Origin: an uncultured Candidatus Saccharibacteria bacterium
GTDB lineage: Bacteria; Patescibacteriota; Minisyncoccia; UBA6257; WO2-44-18
Assembly (NCBI GenBank): GCA_964545345.1
Contig: CAZJFE010000001.1
Span: 15,360-79,359 of the forward strand
DNA: 64,000 nt
Direction of reading: 5' to 3'
The position numbers were made by a program, and so were the translations under genes. The notes under the pieces were generated by a model, which saw nothing but the letters and a program-made list of their open reading frames with translations, made no database searches and was not told where the DNA came from. Of this stretch, positions 48,459 to 59,040 are shown piece by piece. The stretch's first letter is position 1; each line of letters opens with the position of its first letter.

Positions 48459-49492
48459 GCTCAGATTCAAAGAAAATTTTAGTATGTGGCGGCTGCGGAT
48501 TCATGGGTTCGCAGTTCATCCGCTACCTGCACAATAAGTATCCGAACTACCAGATCTACAATCTGGATCTTTTAACTTACGCCGGTAATCCGGAGAATTT
48601 GAAAGATCTGGCGGTCAGCGATCGTTACCATTTCGTCCACGGCGATATCGGCGATAAACCGCTGATAGAAGATCTGATGGCTAAGCATAAGTTTGATGTG
48701 GTGATTAATTTTGCCGCGGAGAGCCACGTGGATCGCTCTATTTTAAATGCTTTCCAGTTTATTAAAACTAATATTCAGGGCGCCTACGTTTTACTGGAGG
48801 CCGCCCGGCATTACAAAATTCCCCGATTCGTTTATGTATCCACGGATGAAATTTACGGCGATGTGCCGCATGGCGTGAAGACTGATGAAAATTATCCGCT
48901 TCAACCGACTAATCCTTACGCTGCCTCCAAGGCCGCCGCGGATTTGATGGTGCAGTCGTATATCAAAACTCACCGAGTGCCGGCAGTTATTATCCGGAGT
49001 TCTAATAATTACGGGCCTTATCAATATCCCGAGAAGCTCCATTCCTTGGTGATTACGAATTTGTTGGAGGGCAAAAAAGTTCCTGTGCACGGGAAAGGCC
49101 TGCACTTACGAAGTTGGATTCACACCCAAGATTTTTGTAACGCGTTGGATTTGGTGATGCACAAAGGCGATGACTATAAAGTCTACAATGTGGCCGGAGA
49201 GGAGAGAAGTAACATGGAAGTTATACGGGCAGTAGCGAAGGTGGTAGGGAAAAATCACGATGAACACCTTGAGCACGTAAGCGACCGGCCCGGCGCTGAT
49301 TTTAGGTATGCGCCGGACCACTCCCGTATTTCCAAGGAGTTGAAGTGGGAGCGTCAGTACTCGTACGACAGCGCTCTGCAGGAAATCGTGGCTTGGTATG
49401 ATAAGAATCGGGACTGGTGGCAAAAGATTAAGTTAAGGGGCGAATTCCAAGACCACTACCAGAAACAAAGTAAGGGCCAGTATGATTTATAA
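48455..49492 (+). CDS. rfbB: dTDP-glucose 4,6-dehydratase
   Basis: LTYAGN, FAAESHVDRSI, STDEIYG, PYAASKA. Confidence 0.95.
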   Translation: MSSDSKKILVCGGCGFMGSQFIRYLHNKYPNYQIYNLDLLTYAGNPENLKDLAVSDRYHFVHGDIGDKPLIEDLMAKHKFDVVINFAAESHVDRSILNAFQFIKTNIQGAYVLLEAARHYKIPRFVYVSTDEIYGDVPHGVKTDENYPLQPTNPYAASKAAADLMVQSYIKTHRVPAVIIRSSNNYGPYQYPEKLHSLVITNLLEGKKVPVHGKGLHLRSWIHTQDFCNALDLVMHKGDDYKVYNVAGEERSNMEVIRAVAKVVGKNHDEHLEHVSDRPGADFRYAPDHSRISKELKWERQYSYDSALQEIVAWYDKNRDWWQKIKLRGEFQDHYQKQSKGQYDL

Positions 49493-50345
49493 AAAAATAT
49501 TGATTATCGGCGCCGACGGTCAGCTGGGTTTTGATTTGATGCATTCTTTTGGAGAGAAAGCGGTTGGTTTGACCCATAAAGATATTGAAGTAAAAAACGC
49601 TCAACAGGTTGAAGAGGTTATCGCCGCTCATAAGCCAGATGTGGTTATCAATACCGCGGCTATCGTCAAGTCAGAGTGGTGCGAGTTAAATAAAGAGGAG
49701 TGCTTGGCGGTGAACGCGGTTGGCGCGGGGAACGTCGCCGCCGCGGCCAACAAAATAGGAGCGGCGGTCATTCAAATTAGTACCGATTATGTTTTTGATG
49801 GTTCCAAAGATTCTTTTAATGAAAGTGATCAGCCGAACCCGTTGAATGTTTACGGAGAATCTAAATTGGAGGGCGAGCGCTCGGTTCGTAAAAATAATCC
49901 GAAATATTACATTGTCCGCTCCGGATGGTTCTTCGGGAAAAATATTCCCCATAAAGGACTGGATTTTCCCCGGGCGATGTTGAAACTGGCGAAAGAGAAG
50001 GGCGAAGTTCGGGTTGTTAGGGATCAGTTTGGTTGCCCGACTTATACTCGCGATTTAGCAGGTAAAATTAAGGAATTGTTACATCGCAATGCTCCGTTTG
50101 GCGTTTATCATGTTACCAATCATGGGCGGACGTCTTGGTATGGGTTCGCGAAGAAAGCTTTTGAGTTGGCGAAGGAGAAAGCGAAACTGATTCCGATTAC
50201 CACCGCGGAAAGCGGTTCTAAAATTCAGCGGCCAAAGGATTCTATTTTAGAAAATCGCAATTTATCAGAGGTCGGGATCCCGCTTCTACGTTCCTGGGAG
50301 GAGGCGCTGGCAGAATATTTTCGGGAAATTAATGAATCTATTTAG
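49482..50345 (+). CDS. rfbD: dTDP-4-dehydrorhamnose reductase
   Basis: GADGQLG, ISTDYVFDG, YGESKLEGE, DQFGCPTY. Confidence 0.95.
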   Translation: MIYKKILIIGADGQLGFDLMHSFGEKAVGLTHKDIEVKNAQQVEEVIAAHKPDVVINTAAIVKSEWCELNKEECLAVNAVGAGNVAAAANKIGAAVIQISTDYVFDGSKDSFNESDQPNPLNVYGESKLEGERSVRKNNPKYYIVRSGWFFGKNIPHKGLDFPRAMLKLAKEKGEVRVVRDQFGCPTYTRDLAGKIKELLHRNAPFGVYHVTNHGRTSWYGFAKKAFELAKEKAKLIPITTAESGSKIQRPKDSILENRNLSEVGIPLLRSWEEALAEYFREINESI

Positions 50346-50997
50346 CAAACTTAACGAATATTGGAAGAAGCAGGGTTCGGAATTTGATTCTTTTTATTCC
50401 GCGTCCGCTTTTTCACCGAAGAAAATAGTAGGCGCTTTTTTGGACCGCAGATCCGAAATTTTACAGAAGATGCTCGGTGATATTTCTGGAAAAAAAATCT
50501 TGGATTTGGCATGCGGATCCGGCATACAGATGGTGGATCTAGCGCCACGTTGCAAAGAAATTATTGGCGTAGATATTTCTGACGAATTATTGGCAATCGC
50601 AAAAAAAGAGCTAGAGAAGTTGAAAAACAATAACTGGAGTCTAGTTTCCTCGGATGCCACACGCCTTCCGCTGAAGGATGGAGAGATTGATTTGGTTTAT
50701 TCTCTGGGGCTTTTGGATTACGTGGAAGATATCCCGGTAATCTTGAGGGAATGTAGAAGGGTTTTACGAGATGATGGCAGTATAATCTTTACTGTTCCAA
50801 GGCGACCATCTCTGTTTGCCTTTTTCCGAACTCAACCGGGTATTTGGCTTAGAAGAAAACTTTTTAATCTCCCTCCAATCGCTAATGCTCTCAAAAAATC
50901 CGAATTAAATAATCTGCTTGCCTCAGTTGGTTTACGGATCATTAGCGCAAAGTCTCTTTGGTCAACTATGTGGATCGTCAAAGTAGAAAAATTATAA
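50332..50997 (+). CDS. Class I SAM methyltransferase
   Basis: ILDLACGSG, GVDIS, DATRLP. Confidence 0.88.
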   Translation: MNLFSKLNEYWKKQGSEFDSFYSASAFSPKKIVGAFLDRRSEILQKMLGDISGKKILDLACGSGIQMVDLAPRCKEIIGVDISDELLAIAKKELEKLKNNNWSLVSSDATRLPLKDGEIDLVYSLGLLDYVEDIPVILRECRRVLRDDGSIIFTVPRRPSLFAFFRTQPGIWLRRKLFNLPPIANALKKSELNNLLASVGLRIISAKSLWSTMWIVKVEKL

Positions 50998-50999
50998 AC

Positions 51000-51716
51000 A
51001 TGGATTTCAGCTTGATTATTACCTGTTATAACGAAGCTCCGCACTTACGGGAAAGTTTTGAGATTTTGAAACGCGTCTTAAAAGAGACCGGTTGGCGGTC
51101 AGAGTTTATTTTTGTCGAGGATTTTAGCACTGATAGCACGAGGGACGTTATTGATTCAATATTGAAAGAAAATCCTGATTTGAATATTAAAAAGATTTTT
51201 CACCAAAAGAATGAAGGACGTGGGCAATCGGTGAATGACGGCATTCGGGCGGCTATTGGGAGGGTCGTTGGTTTTTTGGACATTGATTTAGAAATTGACG
51301 CGCATTATTTAGTTCCGGCCGTTGTCCTGATCCGGGAAAAACAGGCAGATTTTGTGATGGCGCGCCGTATTTACAAATATTCTATTTTTAGCTTTACTCG
51401 CGCTATCGTCAGCCGTGGTTATAATTTTTTGATGCGATTGTTGCTGGGCTTGCCGTTTTCCGACACCGAGGCCGGTTTTAAGTTTTTTGATAGAGAGAAA
51501 ATCCTGCCTTTACTTGATAAGCTTCAAGATAAGCGTTGGTTTTGGGATACGGAAATCGTCGCTTGCGCCCACAGAGCAGGATTAAAGATAATCCTTCTAC
51601 CAACCTTATTTATTCGAAGACCAGATAAAAAAAGTACTGTTAGGTTGTTGCGCGATAGCTGGATTTATTTCGTTAGTTTGCTTAAATTTAGGAAGCGATA
51701 CCGCGCTTCTAAATGA
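51000..51716 (+). CDS. GT2 glycosyltransferase (DPG/DPM synthase-like)
   Basis: IITCYNE, EDFSTD, FLDIDLE, DTEAGFK, WFWDTE. Confidence 0.9.
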   Translation: MDFSLIITCYNEAPHLRESFEILKRVLKETGWRSEFIFVEDFSTDSTRDVIDSILKENPDLNIKKIFHQKNEGRGQSVNDGIRAAIGRVVGFLDIDLEIDAHYLVPAVVLIREKQADFVMARRIYKYSIFSFTRAIVSRGYNFLMRLLLGLPFSDTEAGFKFFDREKILPLLDKLQDKRWFWDTEIVACAHRAGLKIILLPTLFIRRPDKKSTVRLLRDSWIYFVSLLKFRKRYRASK

Positions 51717-52846
51717 AAATACCTTTTAATAAGCCATATTTTGACGATCGCGACCAAAAGGCGGTTTCAAAGGCCCTAGAGGAAGGACATGTTACCGGGG
51801 ATAGTTTCTATGGACAAAAACTCGCCCAGAAACTGCAGGTAATCCTTGGAGTCAAATATGCTCTGCCTACTCCTTCTTGCACCGCCGCCTTGGAGTTGGC
51901 GATCTTATCCTTGGATATCGGGGCGGGCGATGAGGTTATTTTGCCCAGTTTCAATTTTGCTTCCGGAGCAGTAGCGATCTTGCATTCCGGCGCCCGACCG
52001 GTTTTTGCCGATATAGAGAAAGAAACTTTTTGCATTGATCCGAAATCAATTGAACGAGCCATAACCCCCCGCACTAGGGCAATAATGATTGTCCATTATG
52101 CAGGGCACTCTTGCGATATGAGCGCCATTTTGAAGTTGACGCGCAAATATAAACTCAAAATTATTGAGGATGCCGCTCACGCCATTGGCGGAAAATATAG
52201 AAATAAATCACTCGGAACCATTGGCGACATAGGTTGTTTCAGCTTCCATGGCACTAAAAACATCGTTACCGGAGAAGGGGGCGCTTTTGTTACCAATGAT
52301 CAAAAGGTATTTGAAAAAGCAGAAATCATGCGGGAAAAAGGCACAAATCGCCCGGCTTTTTTACGCGGAGAGGCGGACAAATATGGCTTAGTATCCATTG
52401 GTAGCAGCTATCTTTTAGGGGATATTCTATCGGCTTTGGCCACTTCCCAACTGAACAAGTTGGAAAAAATTACAAAGCTACGCAGACAACACGCCAAATA
52501 TCTAATTGGTTCATTAGCTGACCTCAAGGCGAAGATCAATTTGCCGGTGACGAAATCTTATGCGGACAGCTGTTGGCACATCTTTGCTCTGCTAGTTGAT
52601 CCCGCTAAACGTGACCAATATATCAAAGAATTAAAAATTCGCGGTGTTGATGCCGCCGCTCATTATTTGCCCCTTCATTCTTCCCCGCTCGGTAAAAAAA
52701 TGGGGTGGGATAAAAAGGAACTGCCGATCACCGATCTGGTGTCCGCTTCCATGATCCGTTTGCCATTGTACCCTTCTCTTACTAAAAAAGAATTGAATTA
52801 TCTGTCCAAAATCTTCCATGAAGTTGCTACCAAGATTCTTCAATAG
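51713..52846 (+). CDS. wecE: dTDP-4-amino-4,6-dideoxyhexose transaminase (WecE/RffA-like, DegT family)
   Basis: IPFNKP, SCTAALE, EDAAH, SFHGTKN..GEGG, REKGTNR, HYLPLH. Confidence 0.85.
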   Translation: MKIPFNKPYFDDRDQKAVSKALEEGHVTGDSFYGQKLAQKLQVILGVKYALPTPSCTAALELAILSLDIGAGDEVILPSFNFASGAVAILHSGARPVFADIEKETFCIDPKSIERAITPRTRAIMIVHYAGHSCDMSAILKLTRKYKLKIIEDAAHAIGGKYRNKSLGTIGDIGCFSFHGTKNIVTGEGGAFVTNDQKVFEKAEIMREKGTNRPAFLRGEADKYGLVSIGSSYLLGDILSALATSQLNKLEKITKLRRQHAKYLIGSLADLKAKINLPVTKSYADSCWHIFALLVDPAKRDQYIKELKIRGVDAAAHYLPLHSSPLGKKMGWDKKELPITDLVSASMIRLPLYPSLTKKELNYLSKIFHEVATKILQ

Positions 52847-53405
52847 CCCGGGTTTCTATAATTTGATCCAGTGGATCTTAGCCCCCATCGGTAGCTTAGA
52901 GATTCGGGGAAAATTATTTGAATTCTCTAAAAATGTTAATGGTCGGATATTGGATATTGGTTGTGGCACCGGGAAATATGCCGGCGTTTTCCTTGATAAG
53001 GAATATTCTGGAGTTGATATTGATGAGGCGTATCTTGATCACGCGCGAAAAAAATATCCGCGTGGAAAATTTTTCCAGGTGAGCTCTATTAAATTGCCAT
53101 TTGAAGACAGTTATTTTAACTTCGTTTTTTCGGTTAGCACCTTTCATCATCTTACAGACGAGGAGGTTGCGATCAGCATTGCAGAGATGCGCCGGGTCTG
53201 TAGGCCGGGTGGATTGATGGTAGTAATTGACAACATTTATCCAACTGGGTGGAACTTTTTAGGATACGCGCTATTCAAGTTGGATAGGGGTAGAAACCAG
53301 AGAACATTTCAAAAAATGAGCTATCTTATGGGCCGGCATGGATTTTCCGGAGCGCCCTTCTTTGGTTTCCCCTATGAATATTCTGTTTTTCAAGCTTCTA
53401 AATGA
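52818..53405 (+). CDS. Class I SAM methyltransferase
   Basis: ILDIGCGTG, FHHL, RVCRPGG. Confidence 0.88.
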   Translation: MKLLPRFFNSPGFYNLIQWILAPIGSLEIRGKLFEFSKNVNGRILDIGCGTGKYAGVFLDKEYSGVDIDEAYLDHARKKYPRGKFFQVSSIKLPFEDSYFNFVFSVSTFHHLTDEEVAISIAEMRRVCRPGGLMVVIDNIYPTGWNFLGYALFKLDRGRNQRTFQKMSYLMGRHGFSGAPFFGFPYEYSVFQASK

Positions 53406-55762
53406 TTAACGCTTTCAATCTCATAGACAAGTTTTTAAACAAGACCTCCGGTCAGCTAATCTTTGCTTTGTTGTTGACCGCGATCATCCTCCTCCCATTT
53501 TTATCAGGTGGTTGGGTAGCCGGTGATGATGCCACGAAACTTATAATTCCTCAGCTCAATTTCTATAAAAATGCCATTTCCAGCGGCCAGAGCCCATTTT
53601 GGAATCCTAACGTAGCGGTCGGATTTCCTAATTTTATAGATATCTCCCACCCTTTTTCTCCGGTTGTATTACTGTCGCTTTTACTTTCTCCGGTTACCGC
53701 GCACTATTGGTGGCTGTTTGTTTTATTATCGGCAACTTTCTTTCTGACCATTTTATTCCTTAAAGAGCTGGACCTCGGTGTTTACCCGGCCTTGATTGGA
53801 GCGATGGCTTATTTAATTTCTTCAATTTGGTTTACCCAAAGCGTTTTTGTGGTGACGGCGATTTTCTCTCAGGTTTTGATTTTCTGGTTTCTTCTAAGGA
53901 TTAGCCGTGGAGCAAGTCGCCGGTTCGGAGTTTTGGTGGGCGCGATTTGCGTTTTGGCGCTCGCCAATAACTGGTTATCTATCGGTTATTGGATAAATCT
54001 TTATTTATTTTTTGCAAGCTTGGCTTTCGCCGTCTTCCTGTTCCTGAAAAATCGCGATTCCGGAAAGCGAGTTTTTATATTTTTTTTCGCAATCTGGTCG
54101 TTGGGTACAGTCGTCGGACTCCTCCAGATTATTCCAACTTATATTCTATCTCAATTCTCCGGGAGAGGCGGGGGATTAGATGCCGGATCGGCCGCCGGCT
54201 ACGTTATCGGTCTGAAAGAATTATTTAATTTTCTCCACTTCACTCCCCGCCGTGGATTAGACGCTTACCTGTACATGGGTATCGCGCCGTTGATCTTTTG
54301 GATTTTTTCATTTCGCGTCAAAGGTGATTTTATAAGATTTTTCCGATGGCTGTTTTTTCTGGTGTTTTTTATCGCCGTTTCTCATTCCCAGATTTTTTGG
54401 TTAATTCAAAAACTGCCGTTGTTTAATTTATTTCAGGGCGCGAGCCGGTTTCTTTTTATTGCTAATCTGGCAGTCGCAGTTTTAGTCGGCTATGGGGCGA
54501 AATATTTTTTCAATAACGCCAATCGCTCACCCGTCATTCCCGTTCTGATGTCAACCTTGTTAGCATTCGGTTCGGCTATTTTGTGGAGTTCCAAATTGGT
54601 ATTACCGGTTGCATCCTCGTTGGTTCTAATCGCTCTATTTATTCTGATTTCTAAATACGTAAGAAAAGAACTGTTGCCGCTGCTTCTTACTTCCATAGTC
54701 GTCATAGATTTTATTTTTGCCTTTTCCTATTTCCAAGGTCCTGGGTTGACTAGCATTGCTTCATACATTGATCCGCCGGCAACCGCCGGATTTTTCAAGA
54801 GCCATCCTGGTAGAATTTTGCCGCTTTTTGTTGACGATTGGGATAATCAATATTTCTATCAACTTTTCCAGACATCAGCGCCACACTCCGAAGATGCCCC
54901 CTACCTTTTTGCGTTAGAGAGAGAAACTTATCAACCTAATTATCAAAATCTTGACGGTATTGAAAATCTTGAGGCGAACGAACCGCTTCTCAACACGTCG
55001 ATGGCGAGACTAATGGCGCTTCTCGGAACGAGGCAATTGGCTAACACCGGCGGCGAGGAAAAATTGGATAAAACCTACGAAGTTATTACCGAGTTAACCG
55101 GCGAAACCAAGATTGAAGAAGGCCAGGAATTATTAGGCGTTGTCTATACCGATATTTCAGTAATGGAGAAGTTTAGAGTCTTAAAAGAACGAATTCCGCT
55201 TATAAATTTTTTGGGCATAAAATATCTTCTTGCCGCCTATAACTTGGAAGAAGAAAAAATTCCTGGTTTCATACCGGTTTCTTATATTGAGCTTTATATT
55301 ATGGGCAAAGATAAGCCGTCGATGCCGATGATTATTTACGACAATCCCTACGCCAAGCCGATCGCCTACTTCTCAAAAGTTTCTGGGTATAAAACTGATC
55401 CGGAAGTGATCCACCGGGCCTTTAAAGACGGTGGATTCAAAGATATTTTCGTGGAATGCTCGGACTGTCCGACCAAAAAATTTACAACGCAGGGGAAAAT
55501 CGGGCTGGCAAAAAAAGAAAACGGGCGAGTGGAGCTACTGACCGAGTCCCCAGCCGAACAGTTCCTCGTCTTTACTCAAAACTATTTACCGGGATGGCGG
55601 GCTTATATTGATGGTAAAGAAGTTGAAATTTATAAAGTGAACACTGTTTTCCCTGGTGTATTTGTGCCGACGGGGAAGCATAAGGTAGAATTCGTTTACG
55701 ATTACTGGAGCTTGTTTAATCCTAAATGGCTTTTCTTGAGCAGCAACTCAATCGCAAAATAA
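53402..55762 (+). CDS. YfhO-family (GT-C-like) membrane protein, paralog A
   Basis: PFWNPNVAVGFP, about 12 TM segments, C-terminal NYLPGWRAYIDG..G.HKVEF.Y. Confidence 0.8.
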   Translation: MINAFNLIDKFLNKTSGQLIFALLLTAIILLPFLSGGWVAGDDATKLIIPQLNFYKNAISSGQSPFWNPNVAVGFPNFIDISHPFSPVVLLSLLLSPVTAHYWWLFVLLSATFFLTILFLKELDLGVYPALIGAMAYLISSIWFTQSVFVVTAIFSQVLIFWFLLRISRGASRRFGVLVGAICVLALANNWLSIGYWINLYLFFASLAFAVFLFLKNRDSGKRVFIFFFAIWSLGTVVGLLQIIPTYILSQFSGRGGGLDAGSAAGYVIGLKELFNFLHFTPRRGLDAYLYMGIAPLIFWIFSFRVKGDFIRFFRWLFFLVFFIAVSHSQIFWLIQKLPLFNLFQGASRFLFIANLAVAVLVGYGAKYFFNNANRSPVIPVLMSTLLAFGSAILWSSKLVLPVASSLVLIALFILISKYVRKELLPLLLTSIVVIDFIFAFSYFQGPGLTSIASYIDPPATAGFFKSHPGRILPLFVDDWDNQYFYQLFQTSAPHSEDAPYLFALERETYQPNYQNLDGIENLEANEPLLNTSMARLMALLGTRQLANTGGEEKLDKTYEVITELTGETKIEEGQELLGVVYTDISVMEKFRVLKERIPLINFLGIKYLLAAYNLEEEKIPGFIPVSYIELYIMGKDKPSMPMIIYDNPYAKPIAYFSKVSGYKTDPEVIHRAFKDGGFKDIFVECSDCPTKKFTTQGKIGLAKKENGRVELLTESPAEQFLVFTQNYLPGWRAYIDGKEVEIYKVNTVFPGVFVPTGKHKVEFVYDYWSLFNPKWLFLSSNSIAK

Positions 55763-58062
55763 TCCTCTTTTCCTTCTCGCTTCTACTTGCGGGCGCGATT
55801 TTTTATCCGGCGCTTTTTAGCGGAAAAGTGATGGGGACAGACGCGATTGAGTTGAATATTCCGCAAATGGCTTTCTATAAACAGGTTCTCCAAAACGGTG
55901 GTACGCCCTTTTGGAATCCTAATGTCGCCGTTGGTTTTCCCAATTTCATTTCTATCCAGGGTTTTCCTTACTCGCCGGTCAATTGGTTATTGTTCGCTTT
56001 TTCTCCGATCACCGCTCATTACATTGGTATTACTTTAACAATTGCCCTGGCCTTGTTTTTCGGCGCGCTCTTCCTGCGGGAACTCGGCATAAGTATTTGG
56101 GGATCTTTGATCGGCTCACTAGCTTATGTAGCCGGCAATATCCACTTTGACCGAGATGTTGTTTTGGCGACCGCGGTAATGATTCAGGTAATTGATTTCT
56201 GGGTGCTAATGAAGATATATAAAGCCCCGGATTTTCGTTTCTCGCTGAAATATTATGTTTTCGGGGCGTTAACGGTTGGTTATGGCTGGCTGATGACTTC
56301 TTATTTCCCGACCTTATATATTTTCACCGGCCTGGTTGCTTTCGCTCTTTTCTTGGGTTCCCAAAGCGTGGATCGTAAGGCAGCTCTCAAGAAGTTATTT
56401 CTGGCTTTATTTATCGTTTTTGCCATCGGCACAATTATCGGACTGTTGCAGCTTGTGCCCACCTATGTGCTTACGCAGTTCTCCCAACGCAGCGGCGGAT
56501 TTGGGGCCGAAGCTCTGCAAGGATATTCCATCAATTGGTACGAACTTTCTCACTTCTTCTTCCTGACGCCGCGCCGTGGGCTGGACGCCTACTTATTCAT
56601 AGGTATTGCTCCGTTGATCTACCTGATTTTTTCTTTTTGGAACAAAAAACCAATGGCGGAATTTTTCCGGTGGTTTTTCCTGATTGTCCTATTAATTTCT
56701 ATCAAACACTCGCCATTATTTTGGCTGCTTGCTCAGCTGCCGATTTTTGACCTTTTTCAGGGCGCGGCCCGGTTTATGTTGGTTGGCATGCTCGGCGCTG
56801 GCGTATCGGTCGGATTCGGGTTTGATTATCTCGCCAATCTGATTGCAGAAAATAAAACCAGTGAGATTAGAAAGAAATTTATGGTCTTAGCTACTGCTAT
56901 CGCCGCCCTCCTACTATTAGTCTGGAAACTTTATCCAGAATCAGTGTTGCTATCGGTTGCCCTATCTTTCGGGGCGCTTTTACTGATCGCAGCCCCGCTT
57001 TTATTTAATCAATGGAAGATTTTTTTGCCGACAATGATTTTGTTGGCCGTCATTGAATTCGTCATAATTTTTTATAATTTCAACCAAACAATAACTTTTG
57101 ACAAAGAATCTTATAAAAGCGGCCCCCCCGTTGTTGAATATCTTCAAAAAAATACCGGGCGGCTCTTGCCCATTTTCGTAGATGACTGGGATGATGTCTT
57201 TTTCTACAACTATCTAAGCCCAAGGACTCCTAATCCTGAATGGGAAGAGAATCCACAGGGGCTTGTTAACTTCAAATACAAAACCCTTTATCCTAATTAC
57301 CACCTTCTTCACGGCATCGCTAACCTGGAGGTTAACGAGCCGCTTCTTAATGTCGCTGTCGGTCGCCTGATGGCTCTCGTCGGTCCACGCCAGCTGGTCG
57401 CCTCTGGCGGAGAGGAAAAGCTGGATAAGTTGCATGCTACGCTGGGTAAAGTAGATAATTCGGCTCGGGCCAAGCTCATCATTCTCTTGGATCGGTCTGC
57501 CCTTTTGGACTTTTTGGGCATCAGATATCTATTGAGCATGGTTGATTTACGTTCAGTTGAGAATAATTGGCCAAATCTGCAGTTAGTCGGGACCTATGGG
57601 ATCAGTCTCGCAGATGATGCCCCTAGAAACTTACCTGTTGGTTTGTATGAGAGCAAAACCGTTAAACCGCTTGCCTATTTTGCCCAGCGTCCGATTTTCA
57701 AGTCTGACGAGTCGGAAATATATCAATTATTTAAAGGGGGGAATTTTCGGGATATCTATGTTCAATGCGCTGACTGCGGGCAAACATCTTTTGATGGATT
57801 AGGGAAGGTGAATATTGGAGAGGAAAAGGCAGGTATAGCAAAAGTTAGCACCAATTCCCCAAAAGAACAGTTTCTGGTTTTTACTCAAAATTATTTACCG
57901 GGCTGGCGGGCGTTTGTAGATGGCCAGGAAGTTGAAATGTATAAGGTGAATACAGTCTTCCCCGGAATCTTTGTTCCAGCGGGGGAACACAAAGTAGAGT
58001 TCCGTTACGATTATTGGCAGATGTTTAGCCTAAAACTTATTTTCGGCCAAAATAATGAATAA
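55726..58062 (+). CDS. YfhO-family (GT-C-like) membrane protein, paralog B
   Basis: Same motifs as paralog A (PFWNPNVAVGFP, TPRRGLDAYL, NYLPGWRA). Confidence 0.8.
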   Translation: MAFLEQQLNRKIILFSFSLLLAGAIFYPALFSGKVMGTDAIELNIPQMAFYKQVLQNGGTPFWNPNVAVGFPNFISIQGFPYSPVNWLLFAFSPITAHYIGITLTIALALFFGALFLRELGISIWGSLIGSLAYVAGNIHFDRDVVLATAVMIQVIDFWVLMKIYKAPDFRFSLKYYVFGALTVGYGWLMTSYFPTLYIFTGLVAFALFLGSQSVDRKAALKKLFLALFIVFAIGTIIGLLQLVPTYVLTQFSQRSGGFGAEALQGYSINWYELSHFFFLTPRRGLDAYLFIGIAPLIYLIFSFWNKKPMAEFFRWFFLIVLLISIKHSPLFWLLAQLPIFDLFQGAARFMLVGMLGAGVSVGFGFDYLANLIAENKTSEIRKKFMVLATAIAALLLLVWKLYPESVLLSVALSFGALLLIAAPLLFNQWKIFLPTMILLAVIEFVIIFYNFNQTITFDKESYKSGPPVVEYLQKNTGRLLPIFVDDWDDVFFYNYLSPRTPNPEWEENPQGLVNFKYKTLYPNYHLLHGIANLEVNEPLLNVAVGRLMALVGPRQLVASGGEEKLDKLHATLGKVDNSARAKLIILLDRSALLDFLGIRYLLSMVDLRSVENNWPNLQLVGTYGISLADDAPRNLPVGLYESKTVKPLAYFAQRPIFKSDESEIYQLFKGGNFRDIYVQCADCGQTSFDGLGKVNIGEEKAGIAKVSTNSPKEQFLVFTQNYLPGWRAFVDGQEVEMYKVNTVFPGIFVPAGEHKVEFRYDYWQMFSLKLIFGQNNE

Positions 58063-58075
58063 TTAATTAAGAATT

Positions 58076-58876
58076 ATGAACTCACTGGTAAAATTCAAAA
58101 AGGATCCGGTTCGTCTAGTTGATGGCAGGCCGCTTTTTATTTCCGATACAGAATTCTCCGGATTGCATAGCGATTTGCATACCGGCTTTATTAATCGTCT
58201 AAAAACCGCTCTTAAAAAAATCCCCCAGCTCTATGCTTTCATCTTTTATTTTCTGGCTCCGGCTTTTTTCTTGGGGAAACAACCGAAATCAATCTTCCAA
58301 TACGCTGGCGGCGGAAAATTGATTATCGATATTGGCTCCGGCAACCGGCGTTTGGGTCCTAATGTGGTCAATGTTGATATCCATCCCTGGGAGCAGGTGG
58401 ATATTCTGGCGGATGCCCACGATTTGCCCTTCGCTGACAACTCTGTTGATGGCTTGGTCTTTTCCTGGGTGCTCGAGCATATGAAGGATCCAATAAAGGT
58501 GGCCAGTGAATTCCGTCGAGTGCTGAAGTCCGGTGGCTATCTTTATCTCTCAACCAATTTTATTTTTCCATACCATCCTTCTCCACGAGATTATTATCGC
58601 TGGACCTCCGAAGGTCTGCGCGAATTATTTAGCGACTTAGAAATAGTTGAATTAAAACCAACGATTGGTCCAATGGCGGCCTTCTTGTCGGTATTTCAGG
58701 AATGGGCATCCCTGATTTTGTCTTTCAATAGCCAATGGCTGAAGGATTTTCTGTGGATATTGCTGGTGGTTACGACTTCCCCGTTAAAATTGCTTGACCT
58801 GCTCTTCATTCATTACAAATTTGCGGAGAATATCAGCGCCGGCTTCTACTTGATTGCCCGTAAACCCCGCACTTAA
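58076..58876 (+). CDS. Class I SAM methyltransferase
   Basis: IDIGSG, DAHDLPF, VLEH, PYHPSPRDYYRWT. Confidence 0.88.
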   Translation: MNSLVKFKKDPVRLVDGRPLFISDTEFSGLHSDLHTGFINRLKTALKKIPQLYAFIFYFLAPAFFLGKQPKSIFQYAGGGKLIIDIGSGNRRLGPNVVNVDIHPWEQVDILADAHDLPFADNSVDGLVFSWVLEHMKDPIKVASEFRRVLKSGGYLYLSTNFIFPYHPSPRDYYRWTSEGLRELFSDLEIVELKPTIGPMAAFLSVFQEWASLILSFNSQWLKDFLWILLVVTTSPLKLLDLLFIHYKFAENISAGFYLIARKPRT

Positions 58877-59040
58877 AAAGCGCTCCACTGCCAGATGGTT
58901 TTTCTTAATCTCCGGTTTGTTTTTTGCATAGAACTTAATTTTCTAGAAAGATTACTTTACCGCGGGCAGTGAAATTTCACCGGCGCCTCTTAAGTGACGG
59001 GGTTGATTTTTCGAATCAAAATAGTTTAAATTGGCTGTAC

